A stretch of 64,000 nt of DNA from Bacteroidales bacterium (GTDB lineage Bacteria; Bacteroidota; Bacteroidia; Bacteroidales; UBA932). Below the pieces are notes generated by a model. The model saw nothing but the letters and a program-made list of their open reading frames with translations. It did not search any database and was not told the origin of the DNA. Positions 1-8,817 of this stretch are shown here, one piece after another. The DNA lies in the NCBI GenBank assembly GCA_045642485.1, contig JAZUIV010000002.1:5107-69106 (forward strand). The letters run 5' to 3'. The translations under genes were made by a program, and so were the position numbers. The number at the start of each line of letters is the position of its first letter. Positions within the stretch are counted from its first letter, which is position 1.

Positions 1-843
1 GTTGAAAAAGCTCCGGAATATGTTCCGGGCGAGCAGGATCCATCAGGTGCCACAGTTGCTCCGGATATCACAGTCCAGACGAGTCTCAACCTCAACGGCA
101 CTCCCGTAGAAGTTCCCTTCACAAGAAACAGCACCGGAGACGCTCTCAGTGTTTCAGTGTCTCTTACCGACAATTCCGGTATCTTCTCTCTTGAGAGCAA
201 CACCGTTTCATTTGCAAGCGGACAAAACGTTGCGTATGCCTACGTAAACTATGACTACGACAAACTCGATGCCGCAGGAACCTACAATTTTGAGGTTACT
301 ATGACAGACGAGTCAAAGGCATCTCAGTACAAACCGGTAACCATTGCCTTCAGCTGCGTCAAAGCTTGGAAGGACCTTGGTGTAGGTGAGTTCTTCGACC
401 AACTCGCACTGATGAGCAGTGACAGCTATGGTATTGCCAAGTGTACCATTCTCCAGAGTCCTGACGGTTCACTTCGCTACCGCATTATGAATCCTTATGC
501 TGACCAGGCACAGCGTGCTGCAGCTTGGGATGCTGATTGCGCAAAGGCAACTCCCAGCGAGTACATCGAATTCTGGGTCAAGGACGAAGCAACTATGAGC
601 GTTACCTGGAACAGCTACTGGCTCACAGGTCTGTGGTACAGCGGAGTCCCCGGCAATGACATCAAAGCCTACCTACCTTCTGTAAGAGGTGCTTCAGATG
701 CCAACTGCTGCTTCATTGAGGAGAAACTGGTTCACTTCACTCCTTACTACTACATCGATGGTTTGGGAGGATTCGGTTGCTACGACTGTTTCCTTTCAAT
801 GCCCGGTGGTCCGGACCTGGAAGCCTGGCTTGATGGTGAATAG
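1..843 (+). CDS. hypothetical secreted/surface protein, C-terminal portion (5' end outside window)
   Basis: Frame 1 is open from nt 1 to the TAG at 841-843. The track lists only the part after an internal start at 157. No family recognised by eye. Confidence 0.55.
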   Translation, partial: VEKAPEYVPGEQDPSGATVAPDITVQTSLNLNGTPVEVPFTRNSTGDALSVSVSLTDNSGIFSLESNTVSFASGQNVAYAYVNYDYDKLDAAGTYNFEVTMTDESKASQYKPVTIAFSCVKAWKDLGVGEFFDQLALMSSDSYGIAKCTILQSPDGSLRYRIMNPYADQAQRAAAWDADCAKATPSEYIEFWVKDEATMSVTWNSYWLTGLWYSGVPGNDIKAYLPSVRGASDANCCFIEEKLVHFTPYYYIDGLGGFGCYDCFLSMPGGPDLEAWLDGE

Positions 844-855
844 AAAAACGGTCAG

Positions 856-2277
856 TTAATTGACTTGAAGAGGATTTTCCAGAGAACGGGAAATCCTCTT
901 CTTGTTTATCTCCACCTTGCCGCTGACAAATTCGGGAAGATTGAAAGAGAACATCCCGGTAAGATAATATTCCGGATTCTTCTGAGGTACGGCAAAAGGC
1001 TTGGAGCAGTTGCCATCCTCATCGATATGTGCGATGAAAGGACGTGTGTAAAGGCCGTCAAAGCGTCTTGAGCCGAAGGCAATCCATCTGCTGGAAAGAG
1101 ACCAACTGTGACAGCTCTCCCCTTCCGGGCTGTTAATTTCGTCCAACGCCCTGCTCTCCCCTGTTCCAAGGTCAAGAATATGGAGGTCGGACTCCTTATG
1201 CCAGGCGTGGAAATAGCCGCTTTCAGCCAGAGAATATATAAGGTATTTCCCGTCGTATGAGATTCTCGGAAAACTGACGGACCCCTCCTCCGCACCAATC
1301 TCGCATCTGCTCCGTCCATAGCACAGACCGGTATCCGGATTGAAACCGATTGAATACAGCGCATACCTTACCTTGGAGACAGAATCCTGAGGCACGGCGG
1401 CGCAGTAATAGACACGGTCCATCGAAGGGGAGAAAACGGGCATAAGCACCATCTTTGAGGAATCTATTGCAGGCTGCCTGCGAATAGTGTTGGCATTAAC
1501 GTCATAAATGAGTATCTCTGAAGAGACATCCGCTACCTCAAGTATATTTCCCGCGGCAGAATTGAACCATTGTTTCACTTTCTGTGCGGAATAAGCGATG
1601 AACCTGCCATCGGCCGACCAGTTGACGTATGTGGGATTGGGGCCGCCTTCCGTGGGGTTCCTCATATTGAGAACTTTTTCACCCACGAGTGTCCCTCCTC
1701 TCCTGCCTCTGATATGAAGGTGCAGGGAAGTGGGGTCGCAGGACGAAAAGGCGTGGCAGTTGACACAGGTTGCGTTCTCTTCCGCCCCTCCGGCATCTTC
1801 GTGCCCGAAAATCAGAGACTCCTCGAATGTGGCCAGGTCGCGCTGATATATACCCATCGCACGATATGCCCCGTATCCCGGGAAAATACGGCGGTAGCAG
1901 AGATACCCGTCAATCGGATCATCAGAAATATAAAATTTGAAAGAATCGTGCCTGAACCACTTCCCGCCACAGTTTGTGTAGATTGTAACCCGTATGCTGT
2001 CGGAATCGGCAACGATTTTGTGCCAGTCGGACATTCCAAGCTGCACATCCAGACCCTTCACAGCAAGGCTGCCGCTGCTGTATTCGAAAAGGGTGACGGA
2101 CTCTTCGGCCTCCTGCTCTATCCGGAAATTCAGGGGAGCGATAATCCGCGGTATTGTGACATCCGCATAATCGGGGAAGATGGACACAGACCCGCCTTCC
2201 ACCGCGTTTTCAGGGATTCTCACCGTACAGGATACGGTCAGCAGAAGCAGCAGGAGGAAGGTGGCACATCTATTCAT
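856..2277 (-). CDS. PD40/TolB-like beta-propeller protein with signal peptide and a single CxxCH motif
   Basis: ORF 856..2373. The preferred start is the ATG at 2277 (MNRCATFLLLLLLTVSC, signal/lipobox-like), which makes an ATGAATAG overlap with the upstream gene's stop. It has repeated beta-propeller-like segments (ADGRFIAYS, YDGKYLIYS, SRWIAFGS) and a CVNCH motif. Confidence 0.6.
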   Translation of the reverse strand: MNRCATFLLLLLLTVSCTVRIPENAVEGGSVSIFPDYADVTIPRIIAPLNFRIEQEAEESVTLFEYSSGSLAVKGLDVQLGMSDWHKIVADSDSIRVTIYTNCGGKWFRHDSFKFYISDDPIDGYLCYRRIFPGYGAYRAMGIYQRDLATFEESLIFGHEDAGGAEENATCVNCHAFSSCDPTSLHLHIRGRRGGTLVGEKVLNMRNPTEGGPNPTYVNWSADGRFIAYSAQKVKQWFNSAAGNILEVADVSSEILIYDVNANTIRRQPAIDSSKMVLMPVFSPSMDRVYYCAAVPQDSVSKVRYALYSIGFNPDTGLCYGRSRCEIGAEEGSVSFPRISYDGKYLIYSLAESGYFHAWHKESDLHILDLGTGESRALDEINSPEGESCHSWSLSSRWIAFGSRRFDGLYTRPFIAHIDEDGNCSKPFAVPQKNPEYYLTGMFSFNLPEFVSGKVEINKKRISRSLENPLQVN

Positions 2278-3532
2278 TCTTGGAAATATTGACAAATGCG
2301 ACATAATAATCCATAGCCATCTGGTTCTCCTTGTGTTCGTTGAGCATTGCCAGAAGCATAAAGTCAAGGCCACGGCCCTGAAAAGAGACGTTTTCCGTCA
2401 TACGCATCTTTCTCAACCTGCCGTAAAGGAAATGGTTGGAGATATCTTCATCGCTCATTGCCATCAACTTGCGGGCGGAATAGGAATATATGAAGTTATG
2501 TGACAGAATGGTCAGATACTTCCGGGCAAGTTCCGTGCGCCCGTCTATCAATGCGCACTCGGCAAGTCTTGAAATCCAATAGCCGCAATAACCGTCCTCA
2601 CTGGTTGACGAAAGCCTTTCGAATGCGCATCTTCTCGCTTCACTGATAAATCCGAGGTTGAACAATATCTCGCAGGCATTGATCTGGTCATATTGCTCCG
2701 GAAGCATCAGTGAGCCGGTGCCGAACTTCCTGTCGTACAAGGCATACGTATTCAGCAGAGATTTTCCGTCCTTGCCGGGGGTATTCACCAGCGCCAGATT
2801 GACGCAATTGCACATAGCCGCGCTCCTTTCAAGCCGTCTGTTCCGACTGTATTCAATCAATTTGGCCCAGTCCCTGTTTCTTGCGGCCTGGGTATATCGC
2901 ATATCCATATCCAGCTTTAAATCAGCTGCTTTATAGACCCCGAACAGCCCTGCCGCAAATATGATGAGAGTCACGGCATATCTCACGACTTTCTTCTGAC
3001 TTCCGCCATTCTTTCGGGGGAAATACGACAGCACCTGCAGAAGAGCGAAAGTCCCCGCCGGAACAATGCCGAACCCTAGAAAGAGAGCTACCGTCATCGC
3101 AATCAGCCATAGCGGCGCGAAGTATTTGTTGCCGGGCCGTATGAAGGCGAGTGAGATTGACACAAAAATGCCCACAGAGAGGCCTATGGCGGCACCTTTG
3201 TCACACATAAGAATCCACAGGACAAAAGGTATTGTCAGGACAAGCCGGCTCCAGACACCCGCAGGCACTCTCTTTTCAAAATAAAGTGACAGAAGGAAAT
3301 GAATGGCGCCGAGGATGGCAGCAATGATTGCAGCCCCAAGCATCGGCCAGAAATTGAACTGCGTCAGGAAAATTGCGACATAATCCCCCAGCCCTCCTAT
3401 GTGGGAGACTTTATCGATGAAATATTCCTTCGTATCCAGAAACAGCCACAGCCCCTGATTATAGACCAGATGGCCCTGATAGCAGAAGGCGAAGAAAAGC
3501 CAGACAGCCAGGGCGAAAATCAGGGAAACCAT
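2270..3532 (-). CDS. polytopic membrane protein with C-terminal soluble helical domain (possibly DUF6057 family)
   Basis: 420-aa ORF with ATG at 3530-3532. There are several hydrophobic helices in the first ~200 aa. The family name is recalled from memory and not verified. Confidence 0.55.
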   Translation of the reverse strand: MVSLIFALAVWLFFAFCYQGHLVYNQGLWLFLDTKEYFIDKVSHIGGLGDYVAIFLTQFNFWPMLGAAIIAAILGAIHFLLSLYFEKRVPAGVWSRLVLTIPFVLWILMCDKGAAIGLSVGIFVSISLAFIRPGNKYFAPLWLIAMTVALFLGFGIVPAGTFALLQVLSYFPRKNGGSQKKVVRYAVTLIIFAAGLFGVYKAADLKLDMDMRYTQAARNRDWAKLIEYSRNRRLERSAAMCNCVNLALVNTPGKDGKSLLNTYALYDRKFGTGSLMLPEQYDQINACEILFNLGFISEARRCAFERLSSTSEDGYCGYWISRLAECALIDGRTELARKYLTILSHNFIYSYSARKLMAMSDEDISNHFLYGRLRKMRMTENVSFQGRGLDFMLLAMLNEHKENQMAMDYYVAFVNISKNE

Positions 3533-3544
3533 AATGAAGGGATT

Positions 3545-4120
3545 CTATTGGTAAGCCTGGGAGAAGAACCTCCACTTGAAGAGTATGAGGTAGATGGCAC
3601 CGCAGGTAATGCAACTGTCGGCGATGTTGAAGATAGGGCGGAAAAATATGATGTGCTCCCCGCCCCAGATCGGGAATCCGGCAGGCAAAACGCTATCTAT
3701 CAGCGGGAAATAGAGCATATCCACGACACGTCCGTAGAACAGGGGCGCGTAGTCGAAAATCACTCCGTAGAAGATGCAGTCGATGATATTGCCCATTGCC
3801 CCACTGAGGATCGCGGCAAGTCCGAAAAGCACTCCTGCCGGGGTTTCGGGCTTCTTGAGAAGTTTCCTTATATATATTGTAATGATGACCACGAGAACGA
3901 CACGGAGCAGCGTGAGCATCAACTTGCCGATGCTTCCTCCGAACTGCATCCCGAAGGCCATCCCATTGTTTTCAATGAAAAGAATCTGGAACCAGTCCCC
4001 GAAGACGTGGATGCTCTGGCCTATATGCATAAATGTCTTGACCAGGATTTTTGAAACCTGGTCCAGAATCAGCAGGGAGAGCACGAAGATGCCCAACCGG
4101 CAACCGCGGGAGAACTTCAT
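3545..4120 (-). CDS. lspA: lipoprotein signal peptidase II
   Basis: 191 aa. Motifs ILDQVSK, FIENNGMAFG and FNIAD are typical of LspA. It lies in conserved ileS-dksA/traR-lspA synteny. Confidence 0.9.
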   Translation of the reverse strand: MKFSRGCRLGIFVLSLLILDQVSKILVKTFMHIGQSIHVFGDWFQILFIENNGMAFGMQFGGSIGKLMLTLLRVVLVVIITIYIRKLLKKPETPAGVLFGLAAILSGAMGNIIDCIFYGVIFDYAPLFYGRVVDMLYFPLIDSVLPAGFPIWGGEHIIFFRPIFNIADSCITCGAIYLILFKWRFFSQAYQ

Positions 4121-4519
4121 CTACTTATTGAGTTTGTTCTTGGCCTCAACGCTCAAAGTTGCGTGGGGCACCAGTTTCAATCTCTCCTTGGGAATCAGTT
4201 TGCCGGTCTCGCGGCAGATTCCGTATGTCTTGTTCTCAATACGGATAAGGGCGGCCTCAAGATTCTGGATAAACTTGTACTGCCTTGCCGCCAACTGGCT
4301 GATTTCCTCCTTGGACTGAGTGAATGACCCCTCTTCCAATACTTTGAAGGAAGGGGAAGTGTCTTCGGTGTCATTGCTTCCGCTGTGGGTAAGGGATGAC
4401 TTGAGCATATCATAGTCTTCCTTCGCCTTAGCCAGCTTATGGAGTATCAGTTCCTTGAATTCCTGCAACTCTTCGTCGCTGTAGCGGACCTTCCCGGCCT
4501 GTTCATTATTTGTTGCCAT
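4121..4519 (-). CDS. DksA/TraR family C4-type zinc-finger protein
   Basis: Start at the ATG at 4519 (MATNNEQAGK...). It has a coiled-coil region and a C-terminal YGICRETGKLIPKERL zinc-finger-like region. It abuts the lspA start. Confidence 0.8.
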   Translation of the reverse strand: MATNNEQAGKVRYSDEELQEFKELILHKLAKAKEDYDMLKSSLTHSGSNDTEDTSPSFKVLEEGSFTQSKEEISQLAARQYKFIQNLEAALIRIENKTYGICRETGKLIPKERLKLVPHATLSVEAKNKLNK

Positions 4520-4565
4520 ATCTTCAGATATTATAAACGTTGAAGTTACAAAATATATCGTACAC

Positions 4566-7500
4566 CTACAATTTTTGAACACTTATATTGAGAGAGGTAT
4601 CCTCCCAATCCACTTTCACGGAGTTCTCCACAACCTCCGACAAAGACAAGTCTTCCGCAAGTGTCTGCCTGCATACATAATCCTTGAACAGAGTCAGTGA
4701 ATCTTCGATATCCGGGCGTTTCTCAATCACAATCCTTATACGGTCAGTCACCTCAAATCCGCTATCCTTACGTATGTTCTGGATTCTGTTGACCAGTTCC
4801 CGGGCCACACCTTCGCGGCGGAGGGCATCGGTGACCGTCACGTCCAATGCGACGGTAAGACTGCCTTCACTTGCCACAAGCCAGCCGGGCATATCTTCCG
4901 AAGTAATCTGATAGTCTTCCGCAGTCAGTTCAACAGCGCCTCCGGGCAGAGTCAGAGAATATTCCCCTTCCCTCTCGATGGCAGAGATTGTGTTCTGGTC
5001 CAGCTGGCCGAACGCGGCTGCAATCTCCTTCATCCTGGCACCGTAGCGTTTGCCCAGAGTCTTGAAATTGGGTTTGATTTTCTTTGTAATCAGGCCGGCA
5101 GTCTCGTGGATAAATTCAGCCTCCTTCACGTTCACCTCATTGAGGATAAGCTGTTTCACAGCCTCCAGACGGGATTCCACCTCGGCATCCAGCACGGGGA
5201 TAAGAATCTTTGCAAGAGGCTGACGGACCTTAATATTGACCTTCCTGCGGAGAGCCAGAATCATCGAAGTCCCCCGTTGGGCGAGGGCCATTCTCTTCTC
5301 AAGTTCGGAATCCACGCAGACGCTATCGGCTTCGGGCATCAGATGGAGGTGCACGCAACCTGCCTCAGGGTCAAGGTCACGGAAGAGACGGTCCATATAG
5401 AATGGTGCTATCGGAGCAGCAAGCAGAGCCACGGTCTTCAATGCACCGTACAGGGTCTGGTAGGCTGAAAGCTTGGAAGCCGACATTCCACCTCCCCAGA
5501 AACGCTTGCGGTTGAGCCTTACATACCAGTTGCTCAAGTCGTCGCATACAAAATCCTGTATAAGTCGTCCGGCAGTCGTGATATCGAAGTCCTCATAACA
5601 GGTCCTCACCTTCCCTATCAGAGTATTCTGCAAGGAGATCAGCCAGCGGTCGATTTCAGTCCTTTCAGAAATCGGCACCCTGGCCGCGGCGGGGTCGAAG
5701 CCGTCCACGTTCGCATAGAGAGCGAAGAATGAATATGTATTGTAGAGCGTCCCGAAGAATTTGCGTCTGATTTCATCCACACCGGCTTCGTCGAACTTGA
5801 GGTTGTCCCAGGGCTGCGCATTGGTCAGCATATACCAGCGCAGGGCATCCGCACCGTAATTGTCGAGAGCCTCGAACGGATTGACTGCGTTTCCGAGCCT
5901 CTTGCTCATCTTGTTGCCGTTCTTATCCAATACAAGCCCGTTGGAAATCACGTTCCTGAAAGCGCACTTGCCGCTTACCATAGTATTGATGGCGTGCAGG
6001 GTGAAGAACCATCCCCTTGTCTGGTCGACACCTTCCGCTATGAAATCGGCAGTCTGTCCGAACTCGGAATGTCCCAGTTTTGCCAGTCCTTCCTGAGCAT
6101 AGGGCATCGAGCCGGAATCGAACCACACGTCAATGAGGTCCTTTTCACGGAACATCTTCCGTCCGTCATCGCTGACAAGATATATCTCATCCACATAGGG
6201 GCGGTGCAGGTCAATCTTCTCATAGTTCTCACGGGAGAAATCCCCGACTACGAAACCATTGTCAGACAAAGGATTGGTTGTCATATATCCGGCGGACACA
6301 GCTTTGTCTATCTCGTTGTAGAGTTCCTCCACGCTGCCGATGCACTTCTCGGCCGTGCCGTCTTCAGTACGCCAGATGGGAAGAGGAGTCCCCCAATAGC
6401 GGCTGCGGCTCAGATTCCAGTCCTGCAGATTTTCAAGCCATTTGCCGAACCTGCCGGAACCGGTGCTGGCCGGCTTCCAGTTTATTGTGTCGTTGAGTTC
6501 CATCATCTTCTCCCTGACAGCGGTGGAACGGATGAACCAGCTGTCGAGCGGATAGTAGAGCACCGGCTTGTCGGTGCGCCAGCAATGAGGATAAGAGTGA
6601 GTATGTTTTGCAATGTTGAACGCCTTCCCCTGCCCTTTCAGCTCTACGCAGATATCGATGTCAAGAGTGGGAGCGTCTGCCGGCAGAGAGGAATCATATG
6701 CATTCTTCACATATCGTCCGGCATAAGGTCCGTACAGTTCTCTGTTGACGCGGGCCGCAACGAAATCGGGATCCAGGTCTTCGATGCGGAACATACGTCC
6801 GGTTCTGTCCACCATCGGCTGATTATCTCCGGCGGCATCGACCACAAAGAAAGGCGGAATATTGTTCTGACGTGCCACCTTGTCGTCATCGGCACCGAAA
6901 GTGGGGGCGATGTGGACGATACCGGTACCGTCTTCGGTAGTCACGTAATCTCCGGTTATGACGCGGAAAGCCCCCTCTTCAGCCTTCATCCAGGGGATAA
7001 GCTGCTCGTAGCGCACTCCTGCAAGAGCCTTTCCGGGAATCGGTTCCCCTATCGTACTGAAAGGATTCTTATCGTTGAAATGCGCGCCCAGCAGAGATTT
7101 TGCAACGATGTATGTTGCAGGGGCCTTGGTATAGGGGTTTACGCTCTCCACGCGTATATATTCTATGTTGGGGCCGACACAGAGCGCTGTGTTGGAAGGA
7201 AGCGTCCAGGGAGTCGTGGTCCAGGCAAGAATGAACACGTCATTCCGGGTCCCTTCAAAAAGGAATTCGCTTGCGGCGTCCCTGACGACCTTGAACTGCA
7301 CGACCGCAGTGGTATCCTTCACGTCACGGTAGCAACCGGGCTGGTTCAGCTCGTGGGAACTCAATCCTGTACCGGCGGCAGGAGAATAGGGCTGGATGGT
7401 GTATCCCTTATAGAGATAACCTTTCCCGTAGATATCCTTGAGCAAATACCACAGGGTCTCTATATATCTGTTGTCGTAGGTGATATAGGCATTGTCCATA

Positions 7501-7928
7501 TCCACCCAATAGCCAATGCGTTCGGTAAGGTTACGCCACTGCTCGGTATATTTCATCACCTCGCGTCTGCAGGCATCGTTGTATTCCTTGACGGAAATCT
7601 TTTTCCCTATGTCTTCCTTGGTGATTCCCAGCATCTTCTCCACGCCCAACTCAACGGGAAGGCCGTGCGTGTCCCATCCGGCCCTGCGTTCCACGCGATA
7701 TCCGGTCTGGGTCTTGTAACGGCAGACTGCATCCTTTATGCTACGCGCCATCACGTGATGGATTCCAGGCATGCCGTTGGCGGAAGGCGGACCTTCGTGA
7801 AAGATAAAACGGGCAGCGCCTTCCCTGAGTTTCAGGGATTGTCCGAAATCATCCTCCCGCCGCCACATTTCAAGCACCTCGCGGTTGATTTCCACAAGAT
7901 CAAGATTTTTATATTCCTTGAATTTCAT
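4566..7928 (-). CDS. ileS: isoleucine--tRNA ligase
   Basis: About 1120 aa. It has the class I HIGH-type motif (PPSANGMPGIHHV) and the KMSKR motif (NKMSKRLGN). The start MKFKEYKNLD is at 7928. Confidence 0.97.
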   Translation of the reverse strand: MKFKEYKNLDLVEINREVLEMWRREDDFGQSLKLREGAARFIFHEGPPSANGMPGIHHVMARSIKDAVCRYKTQTGYRVERRAGWDTHGLPVELGVEKMLGITKEDIGKKISVKEYNDACRREVMKYTEQWRNLTERIGYWVDMDNAYITYDNRYIETLWYLLKDIYGKGYLYKGYTIQPYSPAAGTGLSSHELNQPGCYRDVKDTTAVVQFKVVRDAASEFLFEGTRNDVFILAWTTTPWTLPSNTALCVGPNIEYIRVESVNPYTKAPATYIVAKSLLGAHFNDKNPFSTIGEPIPGKALAGVRYEQLIPWMKAEEGAFRVITGDYVTTEDGTGIVHIAPTFGADDDKVARQNNIPPFFVVDAAGDNQPMVDRTGRMFRIEDLDPDFVAARVNRELYGPYAGRYVKNAYDSSLPADAPTLDIDICVELKGQGKAFNIAKHTHSYPHCWRTDKPVLYYPLDSWFIRSTAVREKMMELNDTINWKPASTGSGRFGKWLENLQDWNLSRSRYWGTPLPIWRTEDGTAEKCIGSVEELYNEIDKAVSAGYMTTNPLSDNGFVVGDFSRENYEKIDLHRPYVDEIYLVSDDGRKMFREKDLIDVWFDSGSMPYAQEGLAKLGHSEFGQTADFIAEGVDQTRGWFFTLHAINTMVSGKCAFRNVISNGLVLDKNGNKMSKRLGNAVNPFEALDNYGADALRWYMLTNAQPWDNLKFDEAGVDEIRRKFFGTLYNTYSFFALYANVDGFDPAAARVPISERTEIDRWLISLQNTLIGKVRTCYEDFDITTAGRLIQDFVCDDLSNWYVRLNRKRFWGGGMSASKLSAYQTLYGALKTVALLAAPIAPFYMDRLFRDLDPEAGCVHLHLMPEADSVCVDSELEKRMALAQRGTSMILALRRKVNIKVRQPLAKILIPVLDAEVESRLEAVKQLILNEVNVKEAEFIHETAGLITKKIKPNFKTLGKRYGARMKEIAAAFGQLDQNTISAIEREGEYSLTLPGGAVELTAEDYQITSEDMPGWLVASEGSLTVALDVTVTDALRREGVARELVNRIQNIRKDSGFEVTDRIRIVIEKRPDIEDSLTLFKDYVCRQTLAEDLSLSEVVENSVKVDWEDTSLNISVQKL

Positions 7929-7951
7929 AAACAACGTTTCGTATTAATCCA

Positions 7952-7959
7952 CAAATATA
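7952..7959 (-). promoter_or_regulatory. candidate Bacteroidota -7 promoter box (TATATTTG) for ileS
   Basis: The plus strand reads CAAATATA, which is TATATTTG on the minus strand. This matches the TAnnTTTG consensus, 24 nt upstream of the ileS ATG. Confidence 0.35.
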
Positions 7960-7999
7960 CAAAAAATGACTACCTTTACTGAAATTTATGACGATATAA

Positions 8000-8485
8000 A
8001 TGAGCACCATCGACATAATCATCGCGGTATGTTTTCTACCCTGCCTCTTCTTCGGTCTGAAGCACGGTTTGGTAAAACAGATTACAAGCCTGTGTACCAT
8101 CTATTTCGGAGTGACGCTTTCCCTGCGGTTCTCCTCTCCGGTGATGGAGTGGCTTTCCAGTCACGTGGAAATGTCTCCGCTGGCCGCGAAAATGGTGTCG
8201 TTGATCATCATCTTTTTTGTAATCGCACTTCTGCTGAGCCTTCTGGGACGTCTGGTCGAAAAAGTTTTACAGATAACTCTGCTAGGCTGGGTCAACAAAG
8301 TACTCGGTGTCGCTATGGCGTTCGTCATTTTCACCGTTACCCTCTCCGCTGTCACATTCATTGTGGATCAGGCCAACAACGCCCTGTCTTTCATACCGAA
8401 AGAGCAAATTTCAGAATCCCGGATCTACCCCGAACTCCTTAAACTTTCGAAGTTGATTTTTCCATATTTCAAACAGCTCTTCTAA
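8000..8485 (+). CDS. cvpA: CvpA family membrane protein
   Basis: 161 aa with about 4 TM helices. The N-terminus IDIIIAVCFL..GLKHGLVKQ is typical of CvpA. Confidence 0.75.
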   Translation: MSTIDIIIAVCFLPCLFFGLKHGLVKQITSLCTIYFGVTLSLRFSSPVMEWLSSHVEMSPLAAKMVSLIIIFFVIALLLSLLGRLVEKVLQITLLGWVNKVLGVAMAFVIFTVTLSAVTFIVDQANNALSFIPKEQISESRIYPELLKLSKLIFPYFKQLF

Positions 8486-8817
8486 AGTTTTTCCACATTC
8501 GTGTAAATCCGTCACCGACGCATAAAATTCATACGTTTGGAGCATATCCCTTTACCGGGGTATGCTGAACTTTGCGCTATGAAAAACGACGGAAAAATTT
8601 TACCCCTGACCGAGTTGGATGGACTTGCGGAAGATATGTTGCCTAACGCCCCCGGGGCTCTCAATTTCTTCTTCTGCTTGCTAATAACCGCAACGCTTCT
8701 GCTCTCCATCCTTCCGGTCTTTTTTTTTAACTGATGATGCGGGGGCGATTGAGGGGACGGATGTCTTTTTGAGGGGGAAGACGAGGGGAAGACGCCCCCT
8801 TTTGTTGAAATGAATTT

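Noticed and set aside
5994-7982. A 662-aa ORF on the plus strand, with several shorter ORFs, covering most of ileS in antisense.
   Set aside because: The minus-strand frame is an unmistakable IleRS with HIGH and KMSKS motifs. The antisense translation is low-complexity (rich in G/R/V/H) with no recognisable motif. Long antisense ORFs are expected opposite genes with GC-rich third codon positions.
8000-8485. cvpA (the 'colicin V production protein') directly upstream of the bacteriocin-like cassette, as functional evidence for the cassette.
   Set aside because: The name is historical. CvpA is a widely conserved core membrane protein that is usually unlinked to bacteriocin genes. The adjacency is most simply coincidental, so I did not use it as support.
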